A DNA stretch of 64,000 nt from the human T2T-CHM13v2.0 reference genome, Homo sapiens: the NCBI GenBank assembly GCA_009914755.4, contig CP068257.2, positions 44,960,001-45,024,000 of the forward strand, written 5' to 3'. This document shows, piece by piece, positions 1 to 24,852 of this stretch. A model generated the notes under the pieces. It did no database searches. It was not told the DNA's origin and worked only from the letters and a program-made list of their open reading frames with translations. The position numbers and the translations under genes are program-made. Within the stretch, counting starts at the first letter, position 1; each line of letters opens with the position of its first letter.

Positions 1-2345
1 TAATAAAAGATTCAATTCAGCAAGATGTAACAATTGTAAACATTTACACATACAATGACAGATCATCAAAATATATGAAATGAAAACTGACAATAGAAGG
101 GAGAAAGGAGAAATAGACAGTTCTATAATAATAGTTGGAAATGTCAGTGCCCTGCTTTGAATAATGGATGGAACAATAAGACATAAGTAAGGAAATGGAG
201 GCTTTAAACAGCACAACAAACTAACTAGATCTAACAGACATATGCAGAACATTCTACCCAACAATAAAAATAGAATACACATTCTTCTCAAGTTCACATG
301 GAACATTTTCCAGGATAGACAACATGTTAGGCCACAAATTAAGTCTCAATAGATTTAAAAATATACAAAGTCTCTCCTTAAACCAAACTGGGATAAAGTT
401 AAAAATCTATAGCAGAAGGAAAACTGAGAAAATACAGAAATTAGTGAAAATTAACACACTTTCAAACAACCAATGGATCAAAGAAGAAATAACAAGAAAA
501 ATTAGAAAATACTTGGAAATAAAAACAATGTACCAAAACTTATGGGACCCAGCAAAAGCAGTGCTAAAGAAGCAATTTATAGCTATAAATGCTTACATTA
601 AAAACCAAGAAGGACCTCAAATTAACAAACTAACATTACAACTTAAGAAACTAAAAAAGAAGAACAAACTAAACCCAAAGTTAGCAGAAGTAAGGATTAG
701 TGCAGAAATAGATGAGAGACAATAGAAAAACAGAGAAAATCAAGAAAGCCAAAAATGGTTTCTTTGAAAAGATCAACAAAATTGACATTTTAGCTAGATG
801 GACCAAGAAAAAAAGAAGACAGATTACTAAAATCAGAAATAAAATTGGAAACGTTACCAATTCTACAGTAATAAAAAGCATTAAAAAATACTATGCACAA
901 TTGTATGCCAACAAATGGAAAAACCTAGAATAGACAAGTTCCTAAAAACACAAAACATATCAAGACTAATCATGAAGAAATAGAAAATCTGAGTAGACCT
1001 ATAACTAGTAAGGAGATTGATTTAAGTAATAAAAGATCTATTGACAAAAACCTGATGGCTTCATTGGTGAATTCTACCAAACATTTAAATAACTAACACT
1101 AATCCTTTTTAAACTTTTTCAGAAAGTTGAGGGAAAACTTTCAAACTTACTCTATGAGGCAAGCATTATCCTGATACTGGAACCAGTCAGACACTACAAA
1201 AACAGAAAACTACAGACCATGATTCCTTCTGAACATTGATGTAAAAATCCTCAATAAAATACTAGCAAACTGACTTCAGCAGCATATTAAAAACACTATA
1301 TAGCATTACAAAGTGGGGTTTACTCCTGGAATGTAAGGATGATTCAATATATAAAACAATCAATGTAATAAACCATATTAATGGAATGAAGGGGAAAAAC
1401 CACATGTGATCGTCTCGATTGATGCAGCAAAGGCATTTGGCAAAATTCAGTACCCTATAATGATTAAAGAAAAAAACAACTAGGAATAAAAGGAAACTAC
1501 TTCAACATAATGAAGTCCATATATGAAAATCCACAACAAACATCATACTCAGTAGTGAAAATCTGCAGAAGCTTTTTCTGATAAGATCAGAAACACAGCA
1601 AGGATGACTGCGTTTGTCACTTCCACTCAACACAGAACTGGAAGCTCTTAGAGCAATTAGGCAAGAAAAAAAGGATTCTAAATTGGAAAGAAACAATTCA
1701 AATTATCTCTGCCAATGATATAATCTCATATGTAGAAAGGCCTAAAGATTCCACAAAAAAAAGTAGCACTAATAAATTTAGCAACATAGCAGGATACAAG
1801 GTCAACACACAAAAATAGTTGCATTTTCATACACTCACAATGAACAATTCGAAAAGGAAATCAGGAAAACAATTCCATTGACAATAGCATCAAAAAATAT
1901 TTAGGAATTAACCAAGGAGATGAAAGACTTATAAAATGAAAAGTACAAAACATTGAATGGAAAACATCGAACAATACAAAGAAATAAGTGGAAAGACATC
2001 TTATGTTCATGGATTGGAAGTCTTAATATTGTTAAGATGTCAGTACTACTCAAAGCCATCTACAGATTCAAGGCAGTCCCTATCCAAATTCTAATTATGG
2101 TTTTTGCAGAAAGACTAACTCATTCTAAAATTGATATAGAATCTAAAGACACTCTGAATAAACAAAGCAATTTTGAAAAAGAAAAAGCTGTAAGACAGTT
2201 CTCCAAATAAGATATACAAAAGGTATACACCTTTGAAAAATGAAAGCAAAATAAGGACATTCTTAGATAAGCAAATTTTGTTGTTGGCTGACATCACCAT
2301 AAATACTAAAGAAAGTCCATCAGACTGAAAGCAAGTGACCCCCGA
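1..2345 (+). mobile_element. LINE-1 fragment (older L1PB/L1M-like), ORF2 portion, 5'-truncated inside the endonuclease domain
   Basis: Plus-frame translations carry L1 ORF2 hallmarks: FFSSSHGTFSRIDNMLGHK, YQNLWDPAKAVLKKQFIAINAYIKNQE, NHM..IDAAKAFGKIQ, KWKDILCSWIGSLNIVKMSVLLKAIYRFKAVPIQI. Many stops and frameshifts. Confidence 0.75.
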
Positions 2346-2559
2346 TGGCAATTTTTAAAAATTTTTAAGTTCTGGGGTACATGTGCAGGATGTGCAGATT
2401 TGTTTCATAGGCAAACATGTGCCATGGTGATTTGCTGCACCTATCAACCAATCACCTAAGTCCAGCATGCATTAGCTATTTTTCCTGATGCTCTCCCTCC
2501 CCCAGTGTCCCCCCAACAGGCCCCAGTGTGTGTTGTTCCCCTCTGTGTGTCTATGTGTT

Positions 2560-6710
<4,151 letters not shown>

Positions 6711-6931
6711 TCATAATGCTAGCTGGTTATTTTGCAGACTTATTAATGTAGTTGCTTCACAGTGTCACTGGTCTGTGTACTTCAGTGTCTTTTTGTACAG
6801 GCTGGTAATAGTTTTTCCTTTCCATATTTCATGCTATCTTCAGGAGCTCCTGCAAGGCAGGCCTGGTAGTGATGAATTCCTCAGCATTTGCTTGTCTGAA
6901 AAGGATTTTATTTCTCCTTCATTTATGAATC

Positions 6932-7950
6932 TTAATTTGACCATATATAAAATTCTGGGTTGGAAATTCTTTTCTTTAAGAATGTTGAATATGGCCTCCA
7001 ATCTCTTCTGGTTTGTAGGGTTTCCACTGAGAATTCTGTTGTTAGTCTGATGGACTTCCCTTTGTAGGTGTCCTGGCCTTTCTCTCTGGCTGCCCTTAAC
7101 ATTTTTTCCTTCATTTTGACCTTGAGGAATCTGATGATTATGTGTCTTGGGGCTGATCTTCTCATGGAGTATTTTACTGGGGTTCTCTGGATTTCCTGAA
7201 TTTGAATGTTGGCCTGTCTTGCTGGTTTGGGTAAGTTCTCCTGGATGATATCCTGAAGTATGCTTTCCAACTTGGTGCCATTCTCCCCATCTCTTCCAGG
7301 TACCCCAATCAGTTGTAGGTTCAGTCTTTTTACATAATCTCATAGATCTCAGAAGTTTTGTTCATTCCTTTTCATTCTTTTTTCTTTAATCTTGTCTGCC
7401 TGTCTTATTTAAGCAAGATAGTCTTCAAGCTCTGAGATTCTTTGTTCCACTTGGTCTATTTGGCTATTGATATTTGTGGTTGCATTGTGAAGTTCTCAAG
7501 TTGTGTTTTTCAGCTCCATCAGATCATTTATGTTCCTCTGTAAACTGGTTATTCTGGTTAACAGCTCTTGTAATGTTTTATCATGGTTCTTAGCTCCTTT
7601 GCACTGGGTTAGAACATAACTCCTTTAGCTCAATGGAGTTCGTTATTACCCACATTCTGAAGCCTACTTCTGTCAGTTCATCCATCTCAGCCTCTGTCCA
7701 GTTCTGTGCCCTTGCTGGAGAGGTGTTTCAGTCATTCGAAGGAGAAGAGGCACTCTGGCTTTTTGAGTTTTCAGCGTTTTTGCATTGATTTTTTTCTCAT
7801 CTTTGTGAGCTTGTCTACCTTTGATCTTTGAGGCTGCTGACCTTTGGATGGGGTTTTGTGGGGTCTTTTTTTGTTGATGTTGTTGTTGCTTTCTTTCTTT
7901 TAACAGCTAGGCCCCTCTTCTGTAGGGTTGCTGCAGTTTGCTGGGGGTCT
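6932..7950 (-). pseudogene. L1 ORF1 remnant
   Basis: Minus ORF 6932..7270 gives the ORF1p C-terminal half (MESILQDIIQENLPKPARQANIQIQEIQRTP...RLTTEFSVETLQTRRDWRPY). The upstream coiled-coil region is frameshifted. Confidence 0.7.
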
Positions 7951-8996
7951 ACTCCAGACCCTATTCACCTGGATCCCTCCTGCACCTGGAAGTGTCACCA
8001 GTGGAGGCTGTAGAACACCAAAGATGGCTGCCTGATCCTTCCTCTGGGAGCTCAATCTCAGAGGGACACCAACCTGATGCTGGTGGGAACGCTCCCGTAT
8101 AAGATTCCTGACAACCCATGTTGGGGGATCTCACCCAGTCAGGAGGCTTGGGATCCGAGGCCTGCTTAAAGAAGCAGTCTGGCTGCCCCTTGGTGGAGTG
8201 GGTGCACTGCACTGGAGGGACTCCTCTTTGTCCAAACTGCCCAGCCTCTTCAGAACCAGCAGGCAGGAAAGATTATGTCTACTGAGTTGTGGAGATCACA
8301 GCTGCCCATCCCCCTAAGGACTCCATTCCAGGGAGATCAGAGTTCTGTTTGTAAACCTCTGGCTGGAGTTGCTGAAATTCCCACAGGGAGGCCCTGCCCA
8401 TTGACGGGGAATGGATCTGGGTCCCACCTAAAGCAGCAGTCTAGCCATGATCTGCCACAGCCACTGTGCTGTGCTGTGGGAAATTCCTCCTGGTTCAAAC
8501 TACCCAGTCTTCCCCGCACCAGCAGAGGAAAACGGCAGACTGGAGCTGCAGTGATGGTGGCCGCCCCTCCCCCTAGGTACTCAGTTGTCTTAGGCAGTCT
8601 CTAGCCAGCTGCCACTAGCTGCAACCTGAGCATCTGGACAGCTCTGTACTTGGGACCCAAGGCTCTGGTGGTTTGGGCTCATGAGGGGATTTCCTGATCT
8701 GTGAGTTGCACAGATCTGTGGAAAAAACATGGTTTTCCAGGCAGGTAGCACAATCAGTCACTGCCTCCCTTGGCTGGGGATGGGAGCTCCTCTTGCCCCA
8801 TGGTGCTCCTGAGTGGTCCATCGCTCCACCCTGCTTTTCCCGACTCTCCATGGGTTGTGCCAACCACCTAGTCAGTCTCAATGAGAGAACCTGGGTACCT
8901 CAGCTGAAGGTGCAGGATTCACTCACCATTTTCATTCTTCTCAGTGGGAGCCACCAATGGCAGCTGCTTCTAGTAGGCCATCTTTCCACTTTGCTG

Positions 8997-9773
8997 GTAA
9001 TTTTTTTAACAACCAAGTGAATATGCCAAATGGTAACTTGGATCCACAGAAAAAGCAAAGAGAACCAGTAAAGGTAAAGATAATTATATAATGGTAAGAC
9101 TATAAATGCATTTTTCCTTAACATGAATGAATTAAACAGTTTATTAAAAAGGCAGAGATTGTCAGAAAACCTGTGTAAAAACAAGCAAACAAACAAAAAC
9201 AAAAAATAAGACCCAACTATATGCTGTCCACAGGAGATACACCTTTTATTCAAAGATACAAATAGACTGACAGTAAAAGGATGAGAAAAGGTACATCATT
9301 CAAACAGCAGCCACAAGAAAGCTGGAGTGGCTATACTAATCTCATACAAAATAGACATAACAAAAAATTCCTAGAGACATTTTATAACTATAGAAGGGTC
9401 AATCTATCAGGAAAAGCTAACAATTACAAATATGTATGCACCCAACAACAAAACACTACAATACACAAAGCACACAACTGACAGAAATAAGAGTTGGAGA
9501 CTTCAATGTCTCACTTTCTATAATGAATAACCAAGCAGAAAATCAACTAGGAAATAAAAGATATAACATTATAAACAACTAGACATAACAAACATCTATA
9601 AAACACTCCACACAACAAGAAAGTATACATTCTTCTCAACTGCACATAGAACATTCTCTAGAACACACCACCATATGCTAGGCTATAAAGCAAACCTCTC
9701 TAAATTTAAAAGGATATAATACATAAATTATGTTCTCCTACACAATAGAATGAAATTAGGAATTGATATAGTT
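8997..9773 (+). mobile_element. Old L1 (L1M-type) ORF2 endonuclease-region fragment (part 1 of a split element)
   Basis: Translation gives a decayed EN domain (...RVGDFNVSLSIMN...; TFFSTAHRTFSRTHHMLGYK-like). Interrupted at 9774 by a MaLR LTR. Confidence 0.65.
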
Positions 9774-10133
9774 TGAATTTTTGTTCACTCCAAAACTCAT
9801 ACTAAAAGTTAATTCCCATTTTGAAGGTGTCGGGAGGTGGGAACTTTAAGAGGTGTTTGGGTCATGAGGGTTATGTGCTCATTAATGGGTTAATGCCATT
9901 ATCACAGAAATGTGTTCATTATCACAGGAGGAGTACTGTTATAAAAGGGCAGGTCTGGCCTCCCCTTGCTCTCTCTTGCCTTTCCACCTCCCACCATGGG
10001 ATGATGCAGCACAAGGGTCCTGCCAGATGCTGCCCCCTCATTCTTCGATTTCCCAGCCTCCAGAGCTGTGCTAAATAAATTTCTGTTCATTATTAAATAC
10101 CCAGTCTTAAGTATTTTGTTATAGCAGGACAAA
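9774..10133 (+). mobile_element. MaLR solo LTR (MST/MLT1-like) inserted in the L1M
   Basis: Begins tgatatagtttg..., ends ...cccagcctccagagctgtgctaaataaatttctgttcattattaaatacccagtcttaagtattttgttatagcag, the typical MaLR LTR terminus. Confidence 0.7.
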
Positions 10134-11223
<1,090 letters not shown>

Positions 11224-11517
11224 TCACAAAATATTCTTAAAAATTGAAGAGGGAACACTCAGTTTATGAAGCCAGTATTATCTGATACCAAAACCAAACA
11301 TCACAAGAAAACTACAGACCAGTATCTCTTATGAATATGAACAGACAAATCCAACAAAATACTAAAATGAAATCCAGCAACATATAAAAAGAATTGGACA
11401 CTAAGACCAAGTGGAATTTATTCCAGGAATCCAAGATTGGTTTAATATTTGAAAATTAATATATGCCATATCAATAGAATAAAAAAGCCCACATGATTAT
11501 CTTTATAGCAGCAGGAG
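11224..11517 (+). mobile_element. L1M ORF2 fragment (part 3), cut inside the RT motif ..SIDAEKAF..
   Basis: ..LIPKPNITRKLQTSISYEYEQ..QDWFNI..HMIIFIAAG matches the L1 RT fingers region. The same codon context resumes at 20931. Confidence 0.65.
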
Positions 11518-12426
11518 GCAGGTAGAGGCAGGTCCCTGGTGTAACGCGACCTTCAAATCAAAGACAGGTTAAAGCCTGAATGTTGGATTGAGAGGGATCA
11601 TGGCGGATGGGAGGTAGGACTAGATTGCAGCTCTGACTCAGAGCAGCATGTGGAGACTTGCATCATGAATTTTTCCTCCAGAACAACTGCAAGAACAAAT
11701 CAAGAAACCTGAGAGGACCCACAGACCCCTTGAAGGAAGCAATTGCTCCTGCAGGACCCAGGAGAGAACCTAAATACTCAGCCACAGCAAGACCCGCCCG
11801 AGGAGAGCTTGAGCTCAGATATGCCTAGCCCTGCCCCCACCCAATAGTCCTTCCCTACCCACCCTGGTAACTGAAGACAAAGGGCATATACTCTTGGGAG
11901 TTCTAGGGCCCCACCCACTGCCTGTTCCTCCCCATACTACCACAGCTGATGCTGTCTGGAAAGTGCCACCTCTTGGCAGGAGGCCAACCAGCACAAAATA
12001 GTGCATTAAACCGCCAAAGCTAAGAGCCCTCACAGAGTCCATTTCACCCCCCTGCCACCTCCACTGGAACAGATTCTGATATACATGGCTGAGAGACCCA
12101 CAGACAGTTAACATCACAGGACTCTGTGCAGACAACCCCCAGTATCAGCCTGGAGCCTGGTTGACTTGCTGGGTGGCTAGATCCAGAAAACAGATAACAA
12201 TCACTATAGCTTGGTTCTCAGGAAACCACATCATTAGGAAAAGGGGGAGAGTACTACATCAAGGGAATATCCCATGGGACAAAAGAATCTGAACAACAGC
12301 CTTCAGCTCTAGACCTTCCCTCTGAGAGAGGCTACCCAAGTGAGAAGGAACCAGAAAACCAACTCCGGTAATATGACAAAACAAGGTTCTTTAACACCCC
12401 CCAGAATCACACTAGCTCACCAGCAA

Positions 12427-13248
12427 TGGGCCCAAACGAAGAAGAAATCCCTGATTTACCCAAAAAAGAATTCAGGAGGTTTGTTATAAAGCTAATCAGT
12501 GAGGTACCAGAGAAAGGCAAAGCCCAATCTAAGGAAATCCAAAAACTGATATAAGAAGTGAAGGGAGAAATATTCAAGGAAATAGATAGCATAAATAAAA
12601 AACAATCAAAGCTACAGGAAACAATGGACACATTTATAGAAATGCAAAATGCTCTGGAAAGTCTCAGCAGTAGAATTAAACAAGTAGAAGAAAGAAATTC
12701 AGAGCTCAAAGACAAGATCTTTGAATTAACCCAATCCAACAGAGACAAAGAAAAAAGAATAAGAAAATATGAACAAAACCTCCAAGAAGTCTGGGATTAT
12801 GTTAAAAGACCAAACCTAAGAATAATCAGTGTTCCCGAAGAAGAAGAGAAATCTAAAAGTTTGGAAAACATATTTGGGGGAATAATCAAGGAAATGTCTC
12901 CAGCCTTGCTAAAGACCTAGACATCCAAATACAAGAAGCACAAAGAACACCTGGGAAATGAATCACAAAAATATCATTGCCTAAGCACAATGTAATCAGG
13001 TTATCTAAAGTTAAGGCGAAGGAAAGAATCTTAAGAGCTGTGAGACAAAAGCACCAGGTAACCTATAAAGGAAAACCTATTATATTAATAGCAGATTTCT
13101 CAGCAGAAACCCTACAAGCTAGAAGGGATTGGGGCACTATCTTCAGTCTCCTCAAACAAAACAATTATCAGCCAAGAATTTTGTATTCAGCAAAAGTAAA
13201 CTTCATATATGAAGGAAAGACACAGTCTTTTTCAGACAAATGCTGAGA
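12427..13248 (+). pseudogene. L1 ORF1 remnant (premature stop at ~12556 and a frameshift)
   Basis: ATGGGCCCAAACGAAGAA.. start at ~12427. The frame breaks, then continues in ORFs 12558..12920 and 12977..13246. Confidence 0.7.
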
Positions 13249-13439
13249 GTATTTGCCTGTACCAAGCCACCACTACAAGAACTGCTAAAAGGAACTCTAA
13301 ATCTTGAACCAAATCCTGGAAAAACATCAAAACGGAACGTCTTTAAAGCATAAATCTCACAAGACCTATAAAACAAAAATATAATTTAAAAAACAAAAAC
13401 AAAAAGCCAAGGTATACAGCAACATATAGCATAATGAAT

Positions 13440-17400
<3,961 letters not shown>

Positions 17401-17462
17401 TAATTGGGAGCTAAGCTATGAGGACGCAAAGGCATAAGAATAATATAATGGACTTTGGAGAC

Positions 17463-17845
17463 TGATAGAATTTGGCTGTGTCCCCACCCAAATCTCATCT
17501 TGAATTCCCATATGTTGTGGGAAGGACCCAGCAGGAGGTAACTGAATCACGGGGCAGGTCTTTCCTGTACTGTTCTCATGATAGTATATCTCATGAGATT
17601 TGATGGTTATTATATGGGGGAAGTTTTCCTGCACAAGCTTTCATTCTCTGTTTGCCTGCTGCCATCCACATAAGATGTGACTTGCTCTTCCTTGCCTTCC
17701 ACCATGATTGTGAAGCTTCCCCAGCCATGTAAAACTGAGTTCTCCATTAAACCTCTTCCCTTTGTAAAGCCTTTCCTTTGCCCAGTCTTTCCTTTGCCCA
17801 GTCTTGGGTATGTCTTTATCAGCAATGTAAAAATTGACTAATACA
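17463..17845 (+). mobile_element. THE1/MST-type MaLR 5' LTR
   Basis: tgatagaatttggctgtgtccccacccaaatctcatcttgaattcccatatgttgtgggaagg ... gtatgtctttatcagcaatgtaaaaattgactaataca. Contains an internal tandem copy of cctttcctttgcccagtct. Confidence 0.85.
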
Positions 17846-19402
17846 GTAGATTGGTATTCAGTAGAGTGGGGTGCAACTTAAAAGATACCCAAAAATGTGG
17901 AAGCAACTTTGGAACTGAGTAACAGGCTGAGGTTGGAACAGTTTGGAGGGCTCAGAAGAGACAGAAAATTGTGGGAAAGTTTGGAACTTCCTGGAGATTT
18001 GTTGAATGGCTTTGACCAAAAGCCTGATAGCGATATGAACAATAAGGTCCAGGCTGAGGTGGTCTCAGATGGAGATGAGGAACTTGTTGGGAACTGGAAC
18101 AAAGGTGACTCTTACGTTTTAGCAAAGAGACTGGTGGCATTTTTCCCCTGTTGTAGAGATATCTGGAACTTGGAGCTTGAGAGAGATGATTCAGGGTATC
18201 TTGCAGAAGAAATTTCTAAGCAGCAAAGCATTCAAGATGTGACTTGGGTGCTGTTAACGGCACTCAGTTTGATAAGGGAAACAGAGCATAAAAGTTCAAA
18301 AAATTTGCAGCCTGACAATGTGGTAGAAAAGAAAAACCCACTTTCTGAGGAGAAATTGAAGCCGGCTGCATAAATTTGCATAAATAACAAGGAGCTGAAT
18401 ATTAATCCTCTAGACAGTGGGGAAAATGTCTCCAGGGCATGTTAGAGGTCTTCACAGCAGCCCCTCCTATCACAGTCCTGGAAGCCTGGGAGAAAACAGT
18501 TTCATGGGCCAGGCCCAGGGTCCCTGTGTTGTGTGCAGTCTAGGGGCTTGGTTCTCTGCATCCCAGCCACTCCAGCTGTGACTGGAAGGAGCCAAGGTGC
18601 AGCTTGGGCTGTTACCCAAGGGTGGCGGCCCCAAGCCTTGGCAGCTTCCACGTGGTGTTGAGCCTGTAGGTGCACAGAAGTCAAGAATTAAAGTTTGGAA
18701 ACCTCCACCTAGATTCCAGAAGATGTATGGAAATGCCTGGATGCCCAAGCAAAAGTCTGCTGCAGGGGTGGGGCCCTCACGGAGAATCTCTGCTGGGGCA
18801 GTGCAGAAGGGAAATGTGGGGTTGGAGCCCCCACACAGAGTTCCTCCTGGGGCACTGCCTAGTGGAGCAGTGAGAAGAGGGTCACAATCCTCCAGACTCC
18901 AGAATGGTAGATCCACAGACAGCTTGCACTGTGGGCCTGGAAAAGCTGCCGACACTCAATGCCATCCCATGAAAGCAGCCAGGAGGGAGGCTGTACCCTG
19001 CAAAGCCACAGGGGCTGAGCTGCCCAAGACCATGGGAATCCACCTCTTGCCTCAGTGTGATCTGGATGTGAGACATGGAGTCAAAGGAGATCATTTTGGA
19101 GCTTTAAGATTTGACTGCCCCACTGGATTTCAGATTTGCATGGGGTCTGTAGCCCCAGCGTTTTGGCCAATGTCTCCTATTTAGAATGGCTGTATTTATC
19201 CAATGCCTGTAGCCCTACTCTATCTACGAAGTAACTAACTTGCTTTTGATTTTGCAGGCTTATAGGCAGAAGGGACTTGCCTTGTCTCAGATGAGACTTT
19301 GGACTGTGGGCTTTTGAGTTAATGCTGAAGTAAGACTTTGGGGGACTGTTGGGAAGGCATGATTGGTTTTGAAATGTGAGGACATGAGATTTGGGAGGGG
19401 CC
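17846..19402 (+). mobile_element. THE1-type MaLR internal region (non-autonomous), with ORFs of 158 and 195 aa
   Basis: Bounded by two homologous LTRs in the same orientation. ORFs 17897..18373 and 18597..19184 on the plus strand have no recognisable gag/pol motifs. Confidence 0.7.
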
Positions 19403-19772
19403 AGGGGTGGAATGATATGGTCTGCCTGTGTCCCCACCCAAATCTCATCTTGTATTCCCATGTGTTGTGGGAGGGACTTGGTGGGCAGTAACTGCATCAT
19501 GGGGGCAGGTCTTTCCTGTGTTGTTCTCATAATAGTAAGTCTCACAAAATCTGATGGTTAGTATAAGGGAGAGTTTTCCTGCACAAGCTCTCACTCTGTC
19601 GTTGCCTGCTGCCATCCACATAAGATGTGACTTGCTCCTTCTTGCCTTCTGCCATGATTGTGAGGCTTCCCCAGCCACGTGGAACTGTGAATTCTCCATT
19701 AAACCTCTTTCCTTTGTATGTTGCCCAGTCTCAGGTATGTCTTTATCAGAAGTGTGAAAATGGACTAATACA
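19403..19772 (+). mobile_element. THE1/MST-type MaLR 3' LTR
   Basis: tgatatggtctgcctgtgtccccacccaaatctcatcttgtattcccatgtgttgtgggaggg ... gtatgtctttatcagaagtgtgaaaatggactaataca. The L1 3'UTR continues immediately after. Confidence 0.85.
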
Positions 19773-19978
19773 AGGACTTGGGGAAAGGGTGGGAAGGGAG
19801 TGAGGGATAAAATACTATAAATAGGGTGCAGTGTATATTGCTCGGGTGATGGGTACACCAAAATCTCGCAAATCACCACCAAAGAACTTATTAGTGTAAC
19901 CAAACACCACCTGTTTCCCAATAACCTATGCAAATAAAATAAAATTTAAAAATTGCTACAGAAAAGGAAAAAAAAACC

Positions 19979-20930
<952 letters not shown>

Positions 20931-21130
20931 ACAACAAAAATCCTGCATCAACCTCAGTAAACACAGAAAAAGCTTTTGAAAAAAATCCAAAACCCTAAGA
21001 ATATAAGGGAAATTTACCTGATAAAGGGCAACTACAAAAACCCACAGTTAACATACTCAATGGATACTTAATGGATCCTTCCTCACAACTGAGATCAGGA
21101 ACACCCAGGGGCTGGGGATTTCACAAGATG
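20931..21130 (+). mobile_element. L1M RT fragment (part 4), resuming the element cut at 11517
   Basis: Translation [52 protein letters not shown] aligns with L1 RT AEKAFDKIQHPF...[29 protein letters not shown]. Confidence 0.6.
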
Positions 21131-23749
21131 TGAAGACCAGTAGGAAAGGGTGGGGTGCACTTTAGTGCACTATCTGCACACCACCCAACACTCCTACTTT
21201 CTTGAATGAGGAGACTGCAGTCCAGAGGGGCCTGGCTACTGTAAGCCTGGGCAAAGGCAGTGATGTCCCTGCTCAGGAATCCTTGGGTATTAGAGAAGCT
21301 GAGGCCTTTTCCACTCTCTGCCTTGCACAGTCAACTCTTGAGTGAGGGGGCTGGTACACCCAGAGGATGGTCACAATTCCTCTAGAGGTATAATCTAGGC
21401 AGACAGTGCTGTCTTGCTGATCTGGTGTTATTAACTTCCCTGAGGAAAAAAATCACCTGAATTCTTGTTTGATCAGTCTCACAGCTAAAAACCCCAGGGA
21501 GTCATGGTCCCACTTCAGACCTGGGGGGCCTGGTACTTGGGATATGTAGCAAGATCCCAGCAGAGTTTTGTGCAGTGAGCTGTAGGGGGCCATGGGACCC
21601 AATATGCCCTCTGCAGTGTCCCCCACCCCCTCACAGAAGAGGAAAAGTTCAGGAGTGGCCTCCTGAACACCTGAGACGCACCTCAGGGATCTGTATTTTA
21701 AATTAGGGGTGCTGGGGTAAGAAGACATAAGAAAAGCTCCTTCTAGCCCAGCCAAGTCTGGCCTCCTTCCTGCAAGGTTTAGATCCTGGGGGCTTTGGGC
21801 TATTTTCCTGAGAAGAATGCCAACCTCATCCTCAGCTCTCTGCTCAACATCCAGCCCTGTGTAAAAGCTCTAGGCTTGCCTCATGCTAACTTGCTTGAAT
21901 AATGTGTATTTTCTGCACTCCTTCAGAGAGAGGCCAGCCCTTTTCTCCCTAAATGCAGTGAAAGGAGGTTGTGCCATTGTCTTGCCTGCCAGGTTGCTGG
22001 TGGACATGGCTGTAAGGGTCATAATTAAGGGGGGTCTCAGGACAGAGAGGCCAGGCATCCCTTGTGCTCACCCACCTGGTCCCCAAGGCAGCCCAGTTCT
22101 TGGTAAAGAAATACTGCCAGGCAATAGCTGGGCTCTTGTGGGACAGGGCTAGTGGAACCTACTTGGGTGTCTCCATTGCGAGCAGAACGTAATAGCTGTG
22201 TGTAGAAGGTCCCACTGGATGAAGGGCCAGTGGAACCTTCCTCTGATGCCCAAACACTTCCATCTATCTGCAATTACAAAAATCTGATTTGTGTCTGCAC
22301 AAGATAAGGGTGGAATCCCTAAATTTAAGAACCCCAAAACAAAAGCAAACAAACCAAGGTGTCTCCCACAACTTCCTAAGAAGTTTCCAAACTCTCTCCA
22401 GGGTCTTGGCTGGGGGCATGTGGGTTCAAGGGCCCCCATTTTGCCTTGGAGACCAGGATGGGGCCTCACAGGGCAGAGCTGCAGGGAACAGTAATGGGCC
22501 CATGGGCTCACAGGGTGTCATGCTGTGGAGACAAACTGCCCATAGTGGAGATACCCAAGTAGGGCCCCAGCCAGCCTGGGGGAAATTTGATTCCCTTGTT
22601 GGTTGCAAGAGGAGCAGGGTCTGGCTGAACAGGCCTGGGGCCCTGCAGAGGTGGGGATCTGGAACAGTAGACAAGAGAGAGCCAGAGCTTGACAGAGGGC
22701 CAGGGGAGCCCAGGATCACCAACTCTCCACTTCCGTCCTCACTGCTCCCTTTCCCCAGGCAGGGGCATGGGGTCAGGAGGGCACATAGTCCAGGGCTTGA
22801 GAGCCCAATAGCCTTCCTGCTGTCTCTGTCCCTGCTGGTGGGTACAGGTGGGGTATGTCCAGATACTGCCTGGGGGCCCAAGGCCTTACCCCCCGCAATC
22901 CAATTATTAGATGATGATTCCTCCTTTTGGTGGCAGGAAAGTCTGGCAATTGTGTTGCTTGTACTTCTGGCAGGGACAGCAGCCCCTGTAGAGGATGGTC
23001 CGCAGCGTCCAGAGATGGTGGGTTCCTGCAGCCCAACTTCTCAACAGCACCTTCTCACTGCAAGTCAACAAATGGGGTCCTCAGCTTGGCCCCAGGGTCT
23101 CCACCCTGAGAGACCAACACTGCTGGCAGGGCCAGATTTGCGAAGTGGCTGTGGCCCAGAATCTTGTGGATCAAACGGAGAAATTGATGGAGCACAGAAA
23201 ATTTCTGTGGCTGAACTGGCCATGGAAATGGCAGCCTGGGCAACAGGTTCATGAAAACAGACTTTTCACACCTGGTCCTGCTCTCCAGGCCTGAGCGAAC
23301 TCCATGTGTTCCTGGTCAAAGCTGGGGGCGGGTTTCCCCCACCCCCTTGCCCGGGCCCATCCCCTGTCCACCTGGGGATGCTGGAGGCAGCCTTTGGGGT
23401 AGGCCAGGCCTGTGCTGGCCACCAAGCTGTGGCGACTACCACCACCCACTCATGGAACTGGAAGGTGCCTCTGGGTGAGGGCGGGCCACACTCAGCTAGG
23501 GATTGCCAAGAGAGGACGGTTGGCATTTACAACCTGGAACTAACGGCAGTTGATTGGATAAGTCCCCCCAGACCCCCTTTGGATGGTGGAGGAGCCCCCG
23601 TGTGCTCAGAAGCTGCCCTGGGAATCCCTGAGGGATGGTGCTGGAGCCAAGCTCCTTGGAGGACCAATGTTCTCCCTATCTGGTTTGGAAGCAGAGTAGG
23701 CTTCTGGGGACTTAGTCACTTTAGGATTCTTGGATCAGTGTGGGCAAAA

Positions 23750-24852
<1,103 letters not shown>

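Noticed and set aside
17897-19184. THE1-internal ORFs as possible functional genes
   Set aside because: MaLR internal regions are non-autonomous and these ORFs carry no known domains. They are reported only as a curiosity within the element.
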